From an uncultured Methanoregulaceae archaeon (GTDB lineage Archaea > Halobacteriota > Methanomicrobia > Methanomicrobiales > Methanospirillaceae), in contig OY970343.1 in assembly GCA_963717525.1 (NCBI GenBank), positions 192,001 to 256,000 on the forward strand: a stretch of 64,000 nucleotides of DNA, written 5' to 3'. Shown here piece by piece: positions 47,496 through 58,630 of the stretch (positions are counted from its first letter, which is position 1; every line of letters starts with the position of its first letter). A model generated the notes under the pieces. The model made no database searches and was not told the origin of the DNA. It saw only the letters and a list, made by a program, of their open reading frames with translations. The translations under genes were made by a program, and so were the position numbers.

Positions 47496-48102
47496 GATCT
47501 CTCTAATGATTGCATTCCAGTATATAGTTTCTTTTCTGGCACCCGGAATTGTTATTCCCCCTGTAACCAGAGGTACAAATACCAGCCCCTGTCAGTAACC
47601 GGCCTTTTTACCTGGGCACTACATGGTCCTGTTGAAACTCTTCGCTATCGACATCGTTATTGGCGGAGAGGACCCTGCCTGAAAACGGTGTGAACTGGTC
47701 TTACCATTTTCTGCTAAAAAAAATCCGGGGAAATATTTTTCGGGACCGGAAAGAAGAGGTCACCTCATATCTGGCACGTGGATGTACATCCCGCTCTTTT
47801 TTTGCTGCCGACAGGTCTGCCCACCCGGATCGCGATTTTTCCGGGGAAATCCCGGCCCGCTGTTTTTGCAGGACAGTCTCTTGCCAGGCTTTTTTATTTC
47901 AACGCGTCAGGTTTGCACTGACTTTTCGCTCATAGGAGTTTTCTTGGGTGCTCTCATCCCTGCCTTTGTGGGGCCGGGGCTCTAATGGCTTTATTTTTTG
48001 TTTTTGTGGATTATACCAGCACATTCTCCGGAAAAATACCCCAATCTATTAATAGAAAAAAGACAAGAAAGTCACAATTATTAAATGGGTGAGATTGTGG
48101 TG

Positions 48103-48450
48103 ATGCTCAAGCCGTTGTTAGAGGAGTTTCTGAGAGTTGAAGGGGTATCTGCTGCAGTGGTGGTAGGAAGAGACGGGTTCGTGATCGAAAGCGCAGTGTC
48201 CGGCAAGGTAGATATCGAGGCGCTTGGCGCTATGGCCTCAACCGGCCTTGGAACATCCGAAGCGATGGGGAATACTTTGGGGAAAGGCGAGCTCTCCCAG
48301 ATGCTTGTTGAACTGGAAAAAGGGCCTATTATTCTGGCCCCCCTGTCTGCGGATGAACTGATTGCGCTGGTGGCAGATACAACAGCAAATATCGGCAGGA
48401 TTCGTTATGAATTAAAGAAGAACAAGGAAAGAATCGTCGCGGCTCTCTAG
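48103..48450 (+). CDS. Roadblock/LC7 (MglB-like) protein
   Basis: VEGVSAAVVVGRDGFVIE...EALGAMAS...QMLVELEKG...ANIGRIRYEL. Confidence 0.9.
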   Translation: MLKPLLEEFLRVEGVSAAVVVGRDGFVIESAVSGKVDIEALGAMASTGLGTSEAMGNTLGKGELSQMLVELEKGPIILAPLSADELIALVADTTANIGRIRYELKKNKERIVAAL

Positions 48451-48475
48451 ATCCATTATTTATCGGGCTATTTTT

Positions 48476-49217
48476 ATGAAACTGCCGGCAGGGACACAGG
48501 GGGGTGTCGTTCTCGATCCGAAGAATGAGGATATGGTTGAGCACCTCAGGACATTCCGGGGTGCTATCGAGATTGATACCGGCCGGGGAAAGGGATTTAT
48601 CCTCATGCGTAACGGCGAACTGGTTGCTGCATACTTCGAGGACAAAGACGGTGTTTACCGGGGGGGCGCTGCGGTACGATGTATCATGGCCACCCCGGAG
48701 AGTAACAGGAGCGAGCACCAGCAGAATTTTGTCATGAGATCTGTACAATGAGGAGGATTACGCAGAAGCGCTGGACATGTGCACTCAGGACAGTCTCTTT
48801 ATCGGGAATGCTTTGCCGGTGCATGACGCAGCTCCTTATCCTCCAAAGAGCCCCGGTGCATCCAGGTCTCCTTCCTGCATCGTAAATGAATCAACCCTTG
48901 GCAAGATCATGAGTCAGCCGGGGGTTGTTGCAGTTTCTGCATTCTATGAAGGATTTCCGGTCCTCTCCCTGGGAGAAGCGGATTTTGAGCATGTGGCAGC
49001 TAGGGCCGAGGATTTTCTTCGGGCCGGAACCGGGATAGCCCAGGATATGAACCTCGGTCAGCCCGGCCAGATAATCCTCGAAACAGCAGAGAACAAATTT
49101 ATTATCGTTCCCTGCGGAGACCTTTTTCTCTGTATTATCACCCGTGCAGATGCCCAGCTCGGTCTCATGCGGGTCCTGATCAGGAGCATCCAGAACGAAG
49201 TGGGGCGTGAAACATGA
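48476..49217 (+). CDS. DUF2226/PATAN-like plus Roadblock fusion; +1 frameshift at ~48741
   Basis: MKLPAG...FRGAIEI...GFILMRNGELVAA...GGAAV; C-terminal PGVVAVSAFYEGF...QIILET...AQLGLMR. Confidence 0.75.
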
Positions 49218-49337
49218 CCGGCCCGGTGCGGTTTATAGGGGAAGGTTTTTCCAGCATTGTGTCAGAGAATACATATAGTCCGAGATAAGAAGAATCTTTT
49301 ATAAAAATACCGGGAGCGGTTAACACCAGACAGGGGG

Positions 49338-51778
49338 ATGTTCAGATTGAAATCACATGATGATGATGAAGTCCATGACGATATAAGCACCCTTCTTAAA
49401 AAAATCCGGGGTATACAGGCACCGGAAGACGAATCGGCCGGGCCTGTTGTGGCACCACCCCCTGAAAAGAAGCCCGGGGGGAGGAATCTGATGCAGGAAG
49501 CGCTGGTGATTTTTCCGCTCTTATAAAAAAACTTGGCGTGAATAACATCGGTACACCTTTTGGGGCTGAGCCGGAACCTGCCCCCGCCAAGGATACAGCT
49601 CCCCCCGGTAAATCCCCCCTTCAAGGGGAAAAACCCGACAGTCTTTGATGACCTGCTTGAAGATCTTCCTCCATCAAAACCGTTCCGGAATCTCCTGCGC
49701 TGAGCAGCGATGATGTACGCGTAGCGCTGGGTAAGATCATGGGACAGACTGAACCTGCCCCTGCGCCCTCCACGCCTCCCGGAGAAAAACCCGTACCTCC
49801 GGCAACTGAACCCCCTAAGGAACAAACAGTTGAAATCGTTGAAGAAGATCCCCACGCACACCGGGCTTCTGAATTCTTCAAGAAAAAAAAGGCAGCAAAA
49901 AAAGGAACCGAACCCTTACCTGTTGAAGATATCGCGGTGAGCGATACGGACGAGCGGATCATCTCCGCAGACCAGATTTCCGAGTTTTCGGGACTGATCC
50001 TCCCCAAGGGAGCCACCTTCCAGATTGACGAGATTAACCTTCATGGCAGGGTAAATGCTTTCGGGAGCACCGGCACCGGTACCCTCCCCCCGGAACTTGC
50101 TGATATCTGGAAGCGGGAATTTTCGACCGCCGAATTCAAGGATTTCGAATCCGAGCTGACCCTTGAAAAGGAAAAACCAGACCAGGGTACGGCAAAGAAG
50201 TCCAGATTTGCCGCTCTTTTCAGTGCCATACGATCAGAAACCGTCGACTATGATCCCAAACTGCATGGACCTTTGGTAGATCTCTCCTTTGATTCAAAAC
50301 CCGGTGTCGAAGTGATGGAGATGTACCCGGTAAATGAACCCTTTGCCTATGTCCGGGTCATCTATGACCATGCTACCCATGAATATACCTATCAGGTTAT
50401 CGAACCTGTCCTATCAGAACCTGAAAAAGACCTGCTGAAAGAATTAAAAGAGCGCCTCTTTGAGACGCTTGATATCAATACCAAGGATATATCAAAGGAC
50501 GAAGCCCGGATTCAGCTCAGGCATTCTGTCGATGATATCCTTGCCGATTTTGGGATAAAGCTCAACCCGGTCCAGCGTGAGAAGATCCTCTATAATATGC
50601 ATAAGGATTTCCTGGGGGACGGCCTGATCGATGCGATCATGCATGACAAGTACATCGAGGATATCTCCTGCGACGGGGTCAACACACCTCTCTTTGCCTT
50701 CCATGCCAGTTACGAATCGATGAAGACCACTCTGATGTACCACAATGCAGAGGAGCTCGACTCGTTTGTCACAAAACTCGCCCAGCGTGCCGGCAAGTAC
50801 ATCTCTATTGCCGAACCTATCCTCGATGCCACCATGACCGATGGCTCCCGTATCCAGATGACCCTCGGGCAGGAAGTGACCGCCCATGGATCCACCTTCA
50901 CCATCCGTAAGTTCAAGGACGAACCGATCACCCCGACCGATCTCATCGAGTGGCACACGTTTGCCCCCCTTTCGGTTGCATACATCTGGCTTGCGGTCGA
51001 GAATGGGAAATCTGCAATCTTCGCCGGGGGAACGGCATCCGGTAAGACCACGTCGTTAAACGCGATCTCCCTTTTCATCCCCCCGATGGCGAAGATTGTC
51101 AGCCTCGAAGATACCCGTGAAGTGAAGCTCCCCCACCCCAACTGGATCCCTAGTGTAACGCGGGACTCATTTGATACGGCAGGACGCGGGGAGATTAACA
51201 TGTACGAACTCCTCCGTGCCGCGATGCGGCAGCGGCCTGAGTATATCATTGTCGGGGAAGTCCGTGGCAAGGAATGCCAGACGCTCTTCCAGGCGATGAG
51301 CACCGGCCATGTCACGTACTCCACGATCCACGCGGATTCGGTATCGAGTGTCGTCCACCGTATCGAGAACCCCCCTATGGATGTTCCGCGGAACATGCTC
51401 TCGGCACTCGATATCGTCTGTATCCAGGTACAGGCCCGGATGGGTGGAAAACGGATCCGGCGGAACAAACAGATTGTCGAGATCCTCGATATCGACCCGC
51501 GGACCAACGAACTGATCACAAACGAGGTCTTCAAGTGGCGGTCGGCGACCGATGAGATCACTTACTCGGGGAAGTCCTATATCCTTGAAGATATCATGGA
51601 GTCGCGGGGCTGGAACGAAAACCGGATGCGGGAAGAACTCAAACGCCGGCAGGAAGTGCTTGAGTGGATGCGCCTCAAGAAGATCCGGCATTACAAGGAT
51701 GTTGCCAAGATCCTTATCTCGTATTACCGGGAACCCGAAGTGGTTGTCGAGCGTGTAAGGAAGGACCTGTATGAATAG
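49338..51778 (+). CDS. Type IV pilus/T2SS assembly ATPase with long acidic, Pro-rich N-terminus (homopolymer frameshifts at ~49480-49680)
   Basis: IEDISCDG, TFTIRKF, GGTASGKTT, LEDTRE, MRQRPEYIIVGEVRG, AMSTGH..YSTIHA. Confidence 0.92.
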
Positions 51779-52694
51779 CTTTGAACGATTCTGTTTCAAC
51801 CTTCTGGGCATGCGGATGAAGGCGAGGCGTGAGCAGTACTCCCAGCTCCGGAACGACCTCATCTCTGCCCGGCTCAAAACCCCGTTTGAGGTGTATATCT
51901 CCACGGCAGTGGTCAGCTCCATCATCGTAGGTCTGGTCGCTGCGCTCGGATTGGGTCTTGTTACCTGGTTTTTAAAGATCCCCAACCTTATTCACTACAA
52001 AGGGGAGGTTCCGGCAACGATGCTCTTCCTCAACCAGTACGGTCTTTTGCTGGGGACCATTTTTGCCGTCGTCTTCTCCCTGCTGGTATTCGGAGGGATA
52101 ACGTATGCGATCTTTATTGTGTATCCCTCGGTCGAAGCCGGAAACCGGCGCCGGAATATCGATGCAAGCCTTCCCTATGCGATCAACTATATTACATCCA
52201 TGTCCACCGCCGGTATTACCCCGGCAGAGATCTTCCGCCTGCTGGGGGACAGCCCGATCTATGGTGAGAGCTCCGTGGAAGCACGGTATATCGCACGGGA
52301 GATCGACATCTTCGGGCGGGATCTTATTGATTCGCTCAGGATTGTCTCTTCGAGTACTCCCTCCCATCGGATGAAGGAGTTTTTACAGGGTGCGATGGCC
52401 AGTATTTCCAGTGGCGGTAACCTCACGGACTATTTCCGTACCAAGGCGAACCAGTACGCTCTGGAGAACCGCCAAACCCAGAAACTATTCCTGGATACGC
52501 TTGCGCTGATCTCAGAATCGTACGTGACGGCGATGGTGGCCGGCACGCTTTTTTTGATCATCCTTCAGTCGATCATGTCCGTCATTGGCGGAGATTCAAA
52601 GCCGATATTTCTCTATGTCGTCATCTATCTCATGATCCCCTTCGGCACAATGATGTTTATTATCATGATCAGTTCCATGACCCCGGAGACCTGA
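51771..52694 (+). CDS. T2SS F / PilC (TadC-like) membrane platform protein 1
   Basis: IDASLPYAINY...GRDLIDSL...TPS...SGG; overlaps the ATPase stop. Confidence 0.88.
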   Translation: MNSFERFCFNLLGMRMKARREQYSQLRNDLISARLKTPFEVYISTAVVSSIIVGLVAALGLGLVTWFLKIPNLIHYKGEVPATMLFLNQYGLLLGTIFAVVFSLLVFGGITYAIFIVYPSVEAGNRRRNIDASLPYAINYITSMSTAGITPAEIFRLLGDSPIYGESSVEARYIAREIDIFGRDLIDSLRIVSSSTPSHRMKEFLQGAMASISSGGNLTDYFRTKANQYALENRQTQKLFLDTLALISESYVTAMVAGTLFLIILQSIMSVIGGDSKPIFLYVVIYLMIPFGTMMFIIMISSMTPET

Positions 52695-52695
52695 T

Positions 52696-53742
52696 ATGGC
52701 ATTTAACGACAGATTAAAGGGCATTATCGGAAAAGAGAAGGATCCCCGCGAACAACCCCCCCCACTCCCCCGCAACGAGTTGGATTCGGTTGAAAAAGAA
52801 CTGAATGATATCACCGGGAAACTGGAGGCTGAACGGAAGAGCCAAGAAGGAATGGCACGGTTCTTAAAGCACCCGCTCAAAGTTCTGGTAGAGAAACCCG
52901 AAAATATCCTTATTGTCTGCATCCCGCTCTCATTGATCGTCTTTATCGGCGGATTTGTCTCGATGGTGAAGATGTATGGTATCCAGGTGCTTTTTAACTC
53001 AACCGTTATCGATGATTTTGCGATACTGGCGATCCTTATCTCTATAATTCCCGTTTCAGTTCTCGATTTCAGGGAACAGACCCGAGTAAAAAATCTCGAG
53101 AACGCACTCCCCAACTTCTTCCGTGACCTGGCGGGTATGAATGATTCCGGTATGACCCTGCCCAACGCCGTTCACCTTGTCGCTGGCGCAGAATATGGTA
53201 CCCTGACCCCCCATATACGGAAACTGGACAACGAGATGTCGTGGGGCGTCGGTTTCGTGGAGGGTATGTACCGGTTCGGGAAGGGCTTGGGCACACCGTT
53301 AGCCAACCGGAGTGTCGATCTGATCGCTAAGGCCAGTAAAGCCGGTGGGGATATCAGCGAAGTGCTCCGTGCAGCAGCAAATGATACTTTCGAGGTGGTC
53401 AACCTTGCACAGGAACGCCGGAATAACATGTTTATCTACGTGATCATCGTGATAGTCTCGTGGGCAGTTTTTATGTTTGTTATCGCGGTCCTCGTGAGTT
53501 CCTTTTTAAGTACCATGGCCACCGCGGGCACGGCGGCACAGATGACGGCAGCGAGCAGCAAGTTCATGGGACGCATCGATCTCCCGGCGTACAAACGGTT
53601 GTTCACCCATGCAGCGATGATCCAGGGCTTTTTTTCCGGGCTCTGCGCCGGCCAGATGGGTGAAGGGCGGGTTGTTGCCGGTCTCAAATATTCGGCAATT
53701 ATGCTGATCATATCGTGGGTTGTCTTCCGCTTCTTCATCTGA
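52696..53742 (+). CDS. T2SS F / PilC (TadC-like) membrane platform protein 2
   Basis: LPNFFRDLA...GMTLP...YGTLT...AGGDISEVL...QGFFSGL.AGQMGEG. Confidence 0.88.
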   Translation: MAFNDRLKGIIGKEKDPREQPPPLPRNELDSVEKELNDITGKLEAERKSQEGMARFLKHPLKVLVEKPENILIVCIPLSLIVFIGGFVSMVKMYGIQVLFNSTVIDDFAILAILISIIPVSVLDFREQTRVKNLENALPNFFRDLAGMNDSGMTLPNAVHLVAGAEYGTLTPHIRKLDNEMSWGVGFVEGMYRFGKGLGTPLANRSVDLIAKASKAGGDISEVLRAAANDTFEVVNLAQERRNNMFIYVIIVIVSWAVFMFVIAVLVSSFLSTMATAGTAAQMTAASSKFMGRIDLPAYKRLFTHAAMIQGFFSGLCAGQMGEGRVVAGLKYSAIMLIISWVVFRFFI

Positions 53743-53890
53743 TTTTTTTATTTTTTATCTTCTCCCATGCGGCTGGCTGCACCAGTAAAAGCCTGAACCG
53801 TTCACTTTTTCCGGTAGAGTATCTACAGGAAGGCCAGTGCCGGGGAACAAGGTAATCCGAAAAGACTAAAAAGAGAATAAAAGGAGGGAA

Positions 53891-54196
53891 TCAGGATATA
53901 TTTTCAGTGCTGTATCCTTTCAGGGAGAGGAGTTCCTTTACCCGGTCGCGGTGGTTACCCTGAAGTTCGATCGAGTTCCCTTTCACCGTTCCGCCACAGG
54001 CAAGTTTTCCTTTCATGAATTTTGAAAGATCTTCGAGGTCAATATCCGTCGGATCGAGGCCTTCTATAACCGTGACCTCTTTTCCGTAACGGCGTTTGTT
54101 GACTTTGACATTGATCCTCTGCTGTTCCTTTGCTACCTCCTCACAGATACAAAGTTCCTTGGGAAGTCCACACGTCGGGCAAATGCCACCAATCAT
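53891..54196 (-). CDS. sui1: Translation factor SUI1 (aIF1/YciH)
   Basis: [34 protein letters not shown]...IELQG.H. Confidence 0.94.
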   Translation of the reverse strand: MIGGICPTCGLPKELCICEEVAKEQQRINVKVNKRRYGKEVTVIEGLDPTDIDLEDLSKFMKGKLACGGTVKGNSIELQGNHRDRVKELLSLKGYSTENIS

Positions 54197-54308
54197 TACA
54201 GCTATTTTTAAGTTCTGGTTATTTATTACTTGGCATTGTCCGGACGGTAAAACGGCGTTTATCGCATATTCCGGCACGTATCCGTTTTATGTGGGGGCAT
54301 TCAAATGA

Positions 54309-55758
54309 ATGAGTATGCCGCTCATGGTCGTGGGGACTTCGTCGCATGTGGGAAAAAGCATAACGGTGGCGGCGATCTGCCGGTGCCTGGTGCACCGGGG
54401 AATAAGCGTAGCACCGTTCAAGTCCCAGAACATGAGCCTGAACTCGTTTGTGACCGCAGATGGGGGCGAAATCGGGATAGCACAGGCAATGCAGGCCTGG
54501 GCTGCCCGGCTCTCCCCTACGACCGACATGAACCCGGTGCTGCTCAAGCCGAAAGGTGACTGCGTCTCGCAGGTGGTGCTTTTCGGCCATCCCTATAAGG
54601 ACGTCCCCATCGCGGAGTACTATGCAGAAACGCCCTTCCTTCTATCAGAGGCGGTGGCCGCGTTTGGGCGGCTTATGCAGGAGTACGGCCAGGTTGTTGC
54701 CGAAGGTGCCGGGGGAGCAGCCGAGGTCAATCTGTATGACCGTGATATCGCAAATACGCTGCTTGCAGAGGCCCTCAAAATTCCCCTGATCCTCGTGGCT
54801 GATATTGAGAGAGGGGGTGTATTTGCCCAGGTCTATGGTACCCTGAAACTGCTGCCGGAACCGATCCGGCCACTCGTCCGGGGCATCATTATCAATAAAT
54901 TCCGGGGCGATCCTGCCATCTTTGAAAGCGGAATCCGGATCATCGAGGATCTCACCGGGATTCCGGTGCTCGGCGTTGTGCCGTACTTCTCGATCCCTCT
55001 TCCCAGCGAAGACTCCCTCTCGATCGCAGACAAGGTTCACCGGGATCTCCCGGTCCGTATCGCGGTGATCCGTTTCCCCCATGTATCCAATTTCACGGAC
55101 TTCGAGCTCCTCGAACAGTACGCATCGGTGGAGTACGTGCCCTGCGGGGTGCCCCTTGCCGGCTACGACTGCATCATTCTTCCCGGCACCAAGAACACGA
55201 TCGACGATCTTGCTGCGCTGAGAGCAGCCGGCATGGACCGCGAACTGCTGGCTGCACAGGAAAACGGGGTTCCCGTCATCGGTATCTGCGGGGGGTACCA
55301 GATGCTCGGGAAGACCCTCGTGGACGAGGGGTTTGAGTCCAAAGCCGGCGTGTATCCCGGTCTTGGCCTGCTCGACTGCACCACCCGGTTCGCCTCGTAC
55401 TCCAAGAACACCACGCAGGTTCGCCGCCGGGCAGCACCGGTGCCCCCGATCCTGTCATCCATGGGTGAGGTGACCGGCTGACGAGATCCACATGGGGGTG
55501 ACGAAACCGGGTCTCGATCGCGAGGCATTCTCCGGTGACGGCCGGGTAAACGCTGACGGCCTTGTCTTTGGTACCTACATGCATGGGCTCTTCCTCAATC
55601 CGGCCGCAGCAAATGCGCTGCTCGCCTACTTGTCCGGGAAAAAAGGTCTGCCGTACACCCCGATTCCTGCCGAAGGTTCGGATCCCTACGACATGCTTGC
55701 GTGCCTGTTCGAGGAACATGTCGACATGGAAGCGATCATAACCATTCTGAACGAATAA
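54309..55758 (+). CDS. cobQ: Cobyric acid synthase; +1 frameshift at ~55479
   Basis: [44 protein letters not shown](Y)EIHMG and GTYMHGLF lie in the next frame. Confidence 0.94.
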
Positions 55759-55800
55759 CCGGAGCCAATTCAGGCAGGGGCGAAAAAGCAGATCGCCTTT

Positions 55801-56067
55801 TCACCCGATGAGGCTCGTGATGCTATGGAAGCCCTCTCCCTGTCGGTCCGCACACCGGACGGCCTGTACAGCAGAGAGATCCACCTCGCCGGTTACCCGG
55901 CATTTCACGCAGTAAGCCAGTGACGGGGATTTCACGTACTGGCCCTTTACCCTGAATTCCCGGCAGTGGATGCAGAACCGGCAGTGGTCGACCGGTTCCC
56001 GTTTGTCCGGTAAGCATTGCACCGTGCCACCTTTTACCTCAAGCTCCTGGTACGCGTCAGATCCCAT
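55801..56067 (-). CDS. Cys-rich hypothetical protein (88 aa)
   Basis: CRFCIHC and C..C motifs; AGGAG SD-like sequence upstream. Confidence 0.65.
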   Translation of the reverse strand: MGSDAYQELEVKGGTVQCLPDKREPVDHCRFCIHCREFRVKGQYVKSPSLAYCVKCRVTGEVDLSAVQAVRCADRQGEGFHSITSLIG

Positions 56068-56138
56068 TCTGCATCCTCTCCTTACTCAGAGTTTCTCGGG
56101 CACTATACTTAAAACAATTCAACGCCAACGTTTGAACC

Positions 56139-57317
56139 ATGAAGGTGTGTATCATGTGCGGGGGCGAAGGAACGCGCCTGCGCCCCCTCACATTCGAACG
56201 TCCCAAGCCCTGTATCCCGATTGTCAACCGCCCCTCTATCCAGCACCTCGTCTCACATCTCTCCAACCTGGGATTTCGCGAAGTGGTGATGACCCTTGGG
56301 TACATGGGAAAGGATATAGAGGCGGCGCTTGGCGACGGCTCGTTGTTTGGCGTCGACATCACCTATGTCCACGAGAAGACCAAGCTCGGCACTGCAGGCA
56401 GCGTACGAAACGCGAAGAAATATCTCGACGGCCAGGATTTCCTTGTTGTCGGCGGCGATCATGTGACGGACCTCAACGTCCTTGATTTCTACCGCACCCA
56501 CCAGAAGGAGAAGGCGATGATCACCATCGGGCTCATCTCAATAGATGACCCGGGTGAATATGGTATCGCCGAGATCGATATCAACTATGAAATAAAGCGG
56601 TTCAAGGAGAAGCCTGCACCCGGCGAAATATTTTCCAATCTTGCCAGTACCGGGATGTATGTCTGCAACCCGGAGATCTTCGATCACATCCCGGCAGGAA
56701 AAAAGTTTGACTTTGCACGGGATCTCTTCCCGCACCTGATGGAAGAGGGAAAATCTCTCAAGGGCTGGCTGGCCAGCGGGAACTGGACCGATGTGGGAAG
56801 CCCGCACTCCCTTCGCCAGGCGGAGCGGTGGAAATTGCAGGACATCGCGATCACCGATATCATCGGCGACCTTACCATGCACGGCGCCCGGGTGCAGGGC
56901 CCGGTTCAGCTTGGCGACTCGATCACGCTGGGGAAAAACACCCGGGTTATCGGGCCGGTGGCGATCGGCCCGGGGACGACCATCGGGAACAACGTGCTGA
57001 TCGGCCCCTACACCAGCATCGGCGAACGGTGCATCATCCGGAACAACGCAAAGATCTTCTCCTCATCGCTCTACAACCGGGCAATCATCGGGGCAAGCAC
57101 CACGATCTCGGGAAGCATTATCGACAACGACACCCATATAGGTGAAGGCTGCAGCATCGAGAACGATACCGTGATCGGCCCCCGGGTTGTTTTACGGAAC
57201 AACGTGGTGGTCCATTCGAAGACCCGGGTCTGGCCCGAGGTCGTGATCAGTGAGGGAACCATCGTAAAAGAGCATATACTCAACGACAAATTCGATCTCC
57301 GGTGTGAGGGATCGTAA
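56139..57317 (+). CDS. NDP-sugar synthase (mannose-1-phosphate guanylyltransferase-like) with hexapeptide repeats
   Basis: GGEGTRLRPLT..PKP, LGTAGSV, EKP, WTDVG; left-handed beta-helix repeats. Confidence 0.9.
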   Translation: MKVCIMCGGEGTRLRPLTFERPKPCIPIVNRPSIQHLVSHLSNLGFREVVMTLGYMGKDIEAALGDGSLFGVDITYVHEKTKLGTAGSVRNAKKYLDGQDFLVVGGDHVTDLNVLDFYRTHQKEKAMITIGLISIDDPGEYGIAEIDINYEIKRFKEKPAPGEIFSNLASTGMYVCNPEIFDHIPAGKKFDFARDLFPHLMEEGKSLKGWLASGNWTDVGSPHSLRQAERWKLQDIAITDIIGDLTMHGARVQGPVQLGDSITLGKNTRVIGPVAIGPGTTIGNNVLIGPYTSIGERCIIRNNAKIFSSSLYNRAIIGASTTISGSIIDNDTHIGEGCSIENDTVIGPRVVLRNNVVVHSKTRVWPEVVISEGTIVKEHILNDKFDLRCEGS

Positions 57318-57332
57318 AAACAGGTAACCTTT

Positions 57333-58118
57333 TTATTGCCGTTTTACCAGCCGGTGCGTGATTGCCACGAGCGGGTGGCGGGCGTAATCCAGCACCTGCA
57401 CGTCATCAAGAGTTTTCAGGTTCATCGTATTTGCGGTCCGCTCCATCCCTAACTCGATATCATCGCTGATCTCAATAATATACGCGTCAAGTGCCGTGAT
57501 GCCAAGCCTCTTTGCGGCAACCGCACGGTGGTGGCCGTCCACGAGGATCGTCCGGCCCGGCCGGCGCACCACGATGATGGGTTCGGCAAGCCCTTTCTTT
57601 ATTTCGTATATCCGGCCTTCGAGTTCGTCTTCGTAGATCTTGGACTGGGTGGGAAGGAGGTCCTTTATGGGGACGATCCCCCGGTTGAGCGCCGGGTCGA
57701 CGCCGTAGAGCTTTTTGAGCGTCGTCATGAAATTAAAAACTTTCTCCGGGGAGACGTGCTCGATCTGCGAGCGGATCACATCGGAATTGGAGATGATCCC
57801 GAGCAGGTGGTTTTTCTCGTCCACGACCGGGAGTTTCTGGATGCCGCTCCGGAAGATCACCCGGGCGGCATCGGTGATGTCCATCTCGGGATCTGCAACA
57901 ATCAGTTCGCCGGACATGGCCTGGGCAATCGTCTCCCCGGGCTTTACAAAGAGAAGGTCGCGGGCGGCGATGTATCCGACCACCTCGTCCTTGTCAAGGA
58001 CCGGGAAGCCGTCGTGTTTGGTCTGCTGGATCTTCTCAATAACCGCTTCCACCGTCCCATGGAGATCCACGCTGACAACATCATAGGTCATATAGTCCTT
58101 GACCTTTTTCTTGTCCAT
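57333..58118 (-). CDS. CBS-pair plus ParB/Srx-like domain protein
   Basis: VKDYMT..HDGFPV..IQKLPVVD CBS pair; PTQ...EPIIV...LVDGHHRAVAA. Confidence 0.88.
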   Translation of the reverse strand: MDKKKVKDYMTYDVVSVDLHGTVEAVIEKIQQTKHDGFPVLDKDEVVGYIAARDLLFVKPGETIAQAMSGELIVADPEMDITDAARVIFRSGIQKLPVVDEKNHLLGIISNSDVIRSQIEHVSPEKVFNFMTTLKKLYGVDPALNRGIVPIKDLLPTQSKIYEDELEGRIYEIKKGLAEPIIVVRRPGRTILVDGHHRAVAAKRLGITALDAYIIEISDDIELGMERTANTMNLKTLDDVQVLDYARHPLVAITHRLVKRQ

Positions 58119-58271
58119 CCGTACAGCTTCCGGCGCCCGTGACTTTAAAGGAATCGGTAAAAAAGCAGAAGAGGGTAGCAGGGGTTTATTCGATTGCGAT
58201 GGAGCTCACTGCGGGGCGCCGGAAGCATTCCGCCCCCCACATTGGGCCAATCGTTTGAATTACAAATGACA

Positions 58272-58317
58272 CCTTCCTTGCCCCGCCGTGCCTCGCGAGG
58301 GCCCTGAGGGGAGCCCT
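58272..58317 (-). repeat. GC-rich dispersed intergenic repeat, copy 2
   Basis: Reverse complement AGGGCTCCCCTCAGGGCCCTCGCGAGGCACGGCGGGGCAAGGAAGG matches 26435-26484. Confidence 0.8.
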
Positions 58318-58426
58318 TGCGCTCTTTTCCCATGATCGTGGCGCACAAAAGCAGGCTAGAACGTGGATAACTACAACGGATCGAGCCTTCCTGAAAACGA
58401 AAAAAAGTCCCGCCACTATAACCTCC

Positions 58427-58630
58427 TTACCTCCCTTTTATCTCTTTTTCCTCCTCTTCCTTCAGGTGCTTGTTTTCTACATACCGGTCAGCCACGAGGA
58501 GGGCCACACTTGCCACAGCAAAAACAAGTGCCCCCTGTTTGGTGTATTGTCTGATCACTGCAATCAGGGCCGTGATAATTACTGCATAGAGTAGGGTGTT
58601 TGTTACATGCCGTTTGTACCTGTATTTCAT
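58427..58630 (-). CDS. Small two-TM hypothetical protein (67 aa)
   Basis: Two hydrophobic segments and a charged tail; GGTGA SD upstream. Confidence 0.55.
   Translation of the reverse strand: MKYRYKRHVTNTLLYAVIITALIAVIRQYTKQGALVFAVASVALLVADRYVENKHLKEEEEKEIKGR

Noticed and set aside
49338..53742. Archaellum (FlaI/FlaJ) operon
   Set aside because: Two separate PilC-like genes, and no archaellin, flaF/G/H or che genes; this fits a pilus-type system
55479..55481. TGA in cobQ as selenocysteine or readthrough
   Set aside because: The downstream conserved sequence (EIHMG, GTYMHG) is in another frame, so readthrough would not restore the protein
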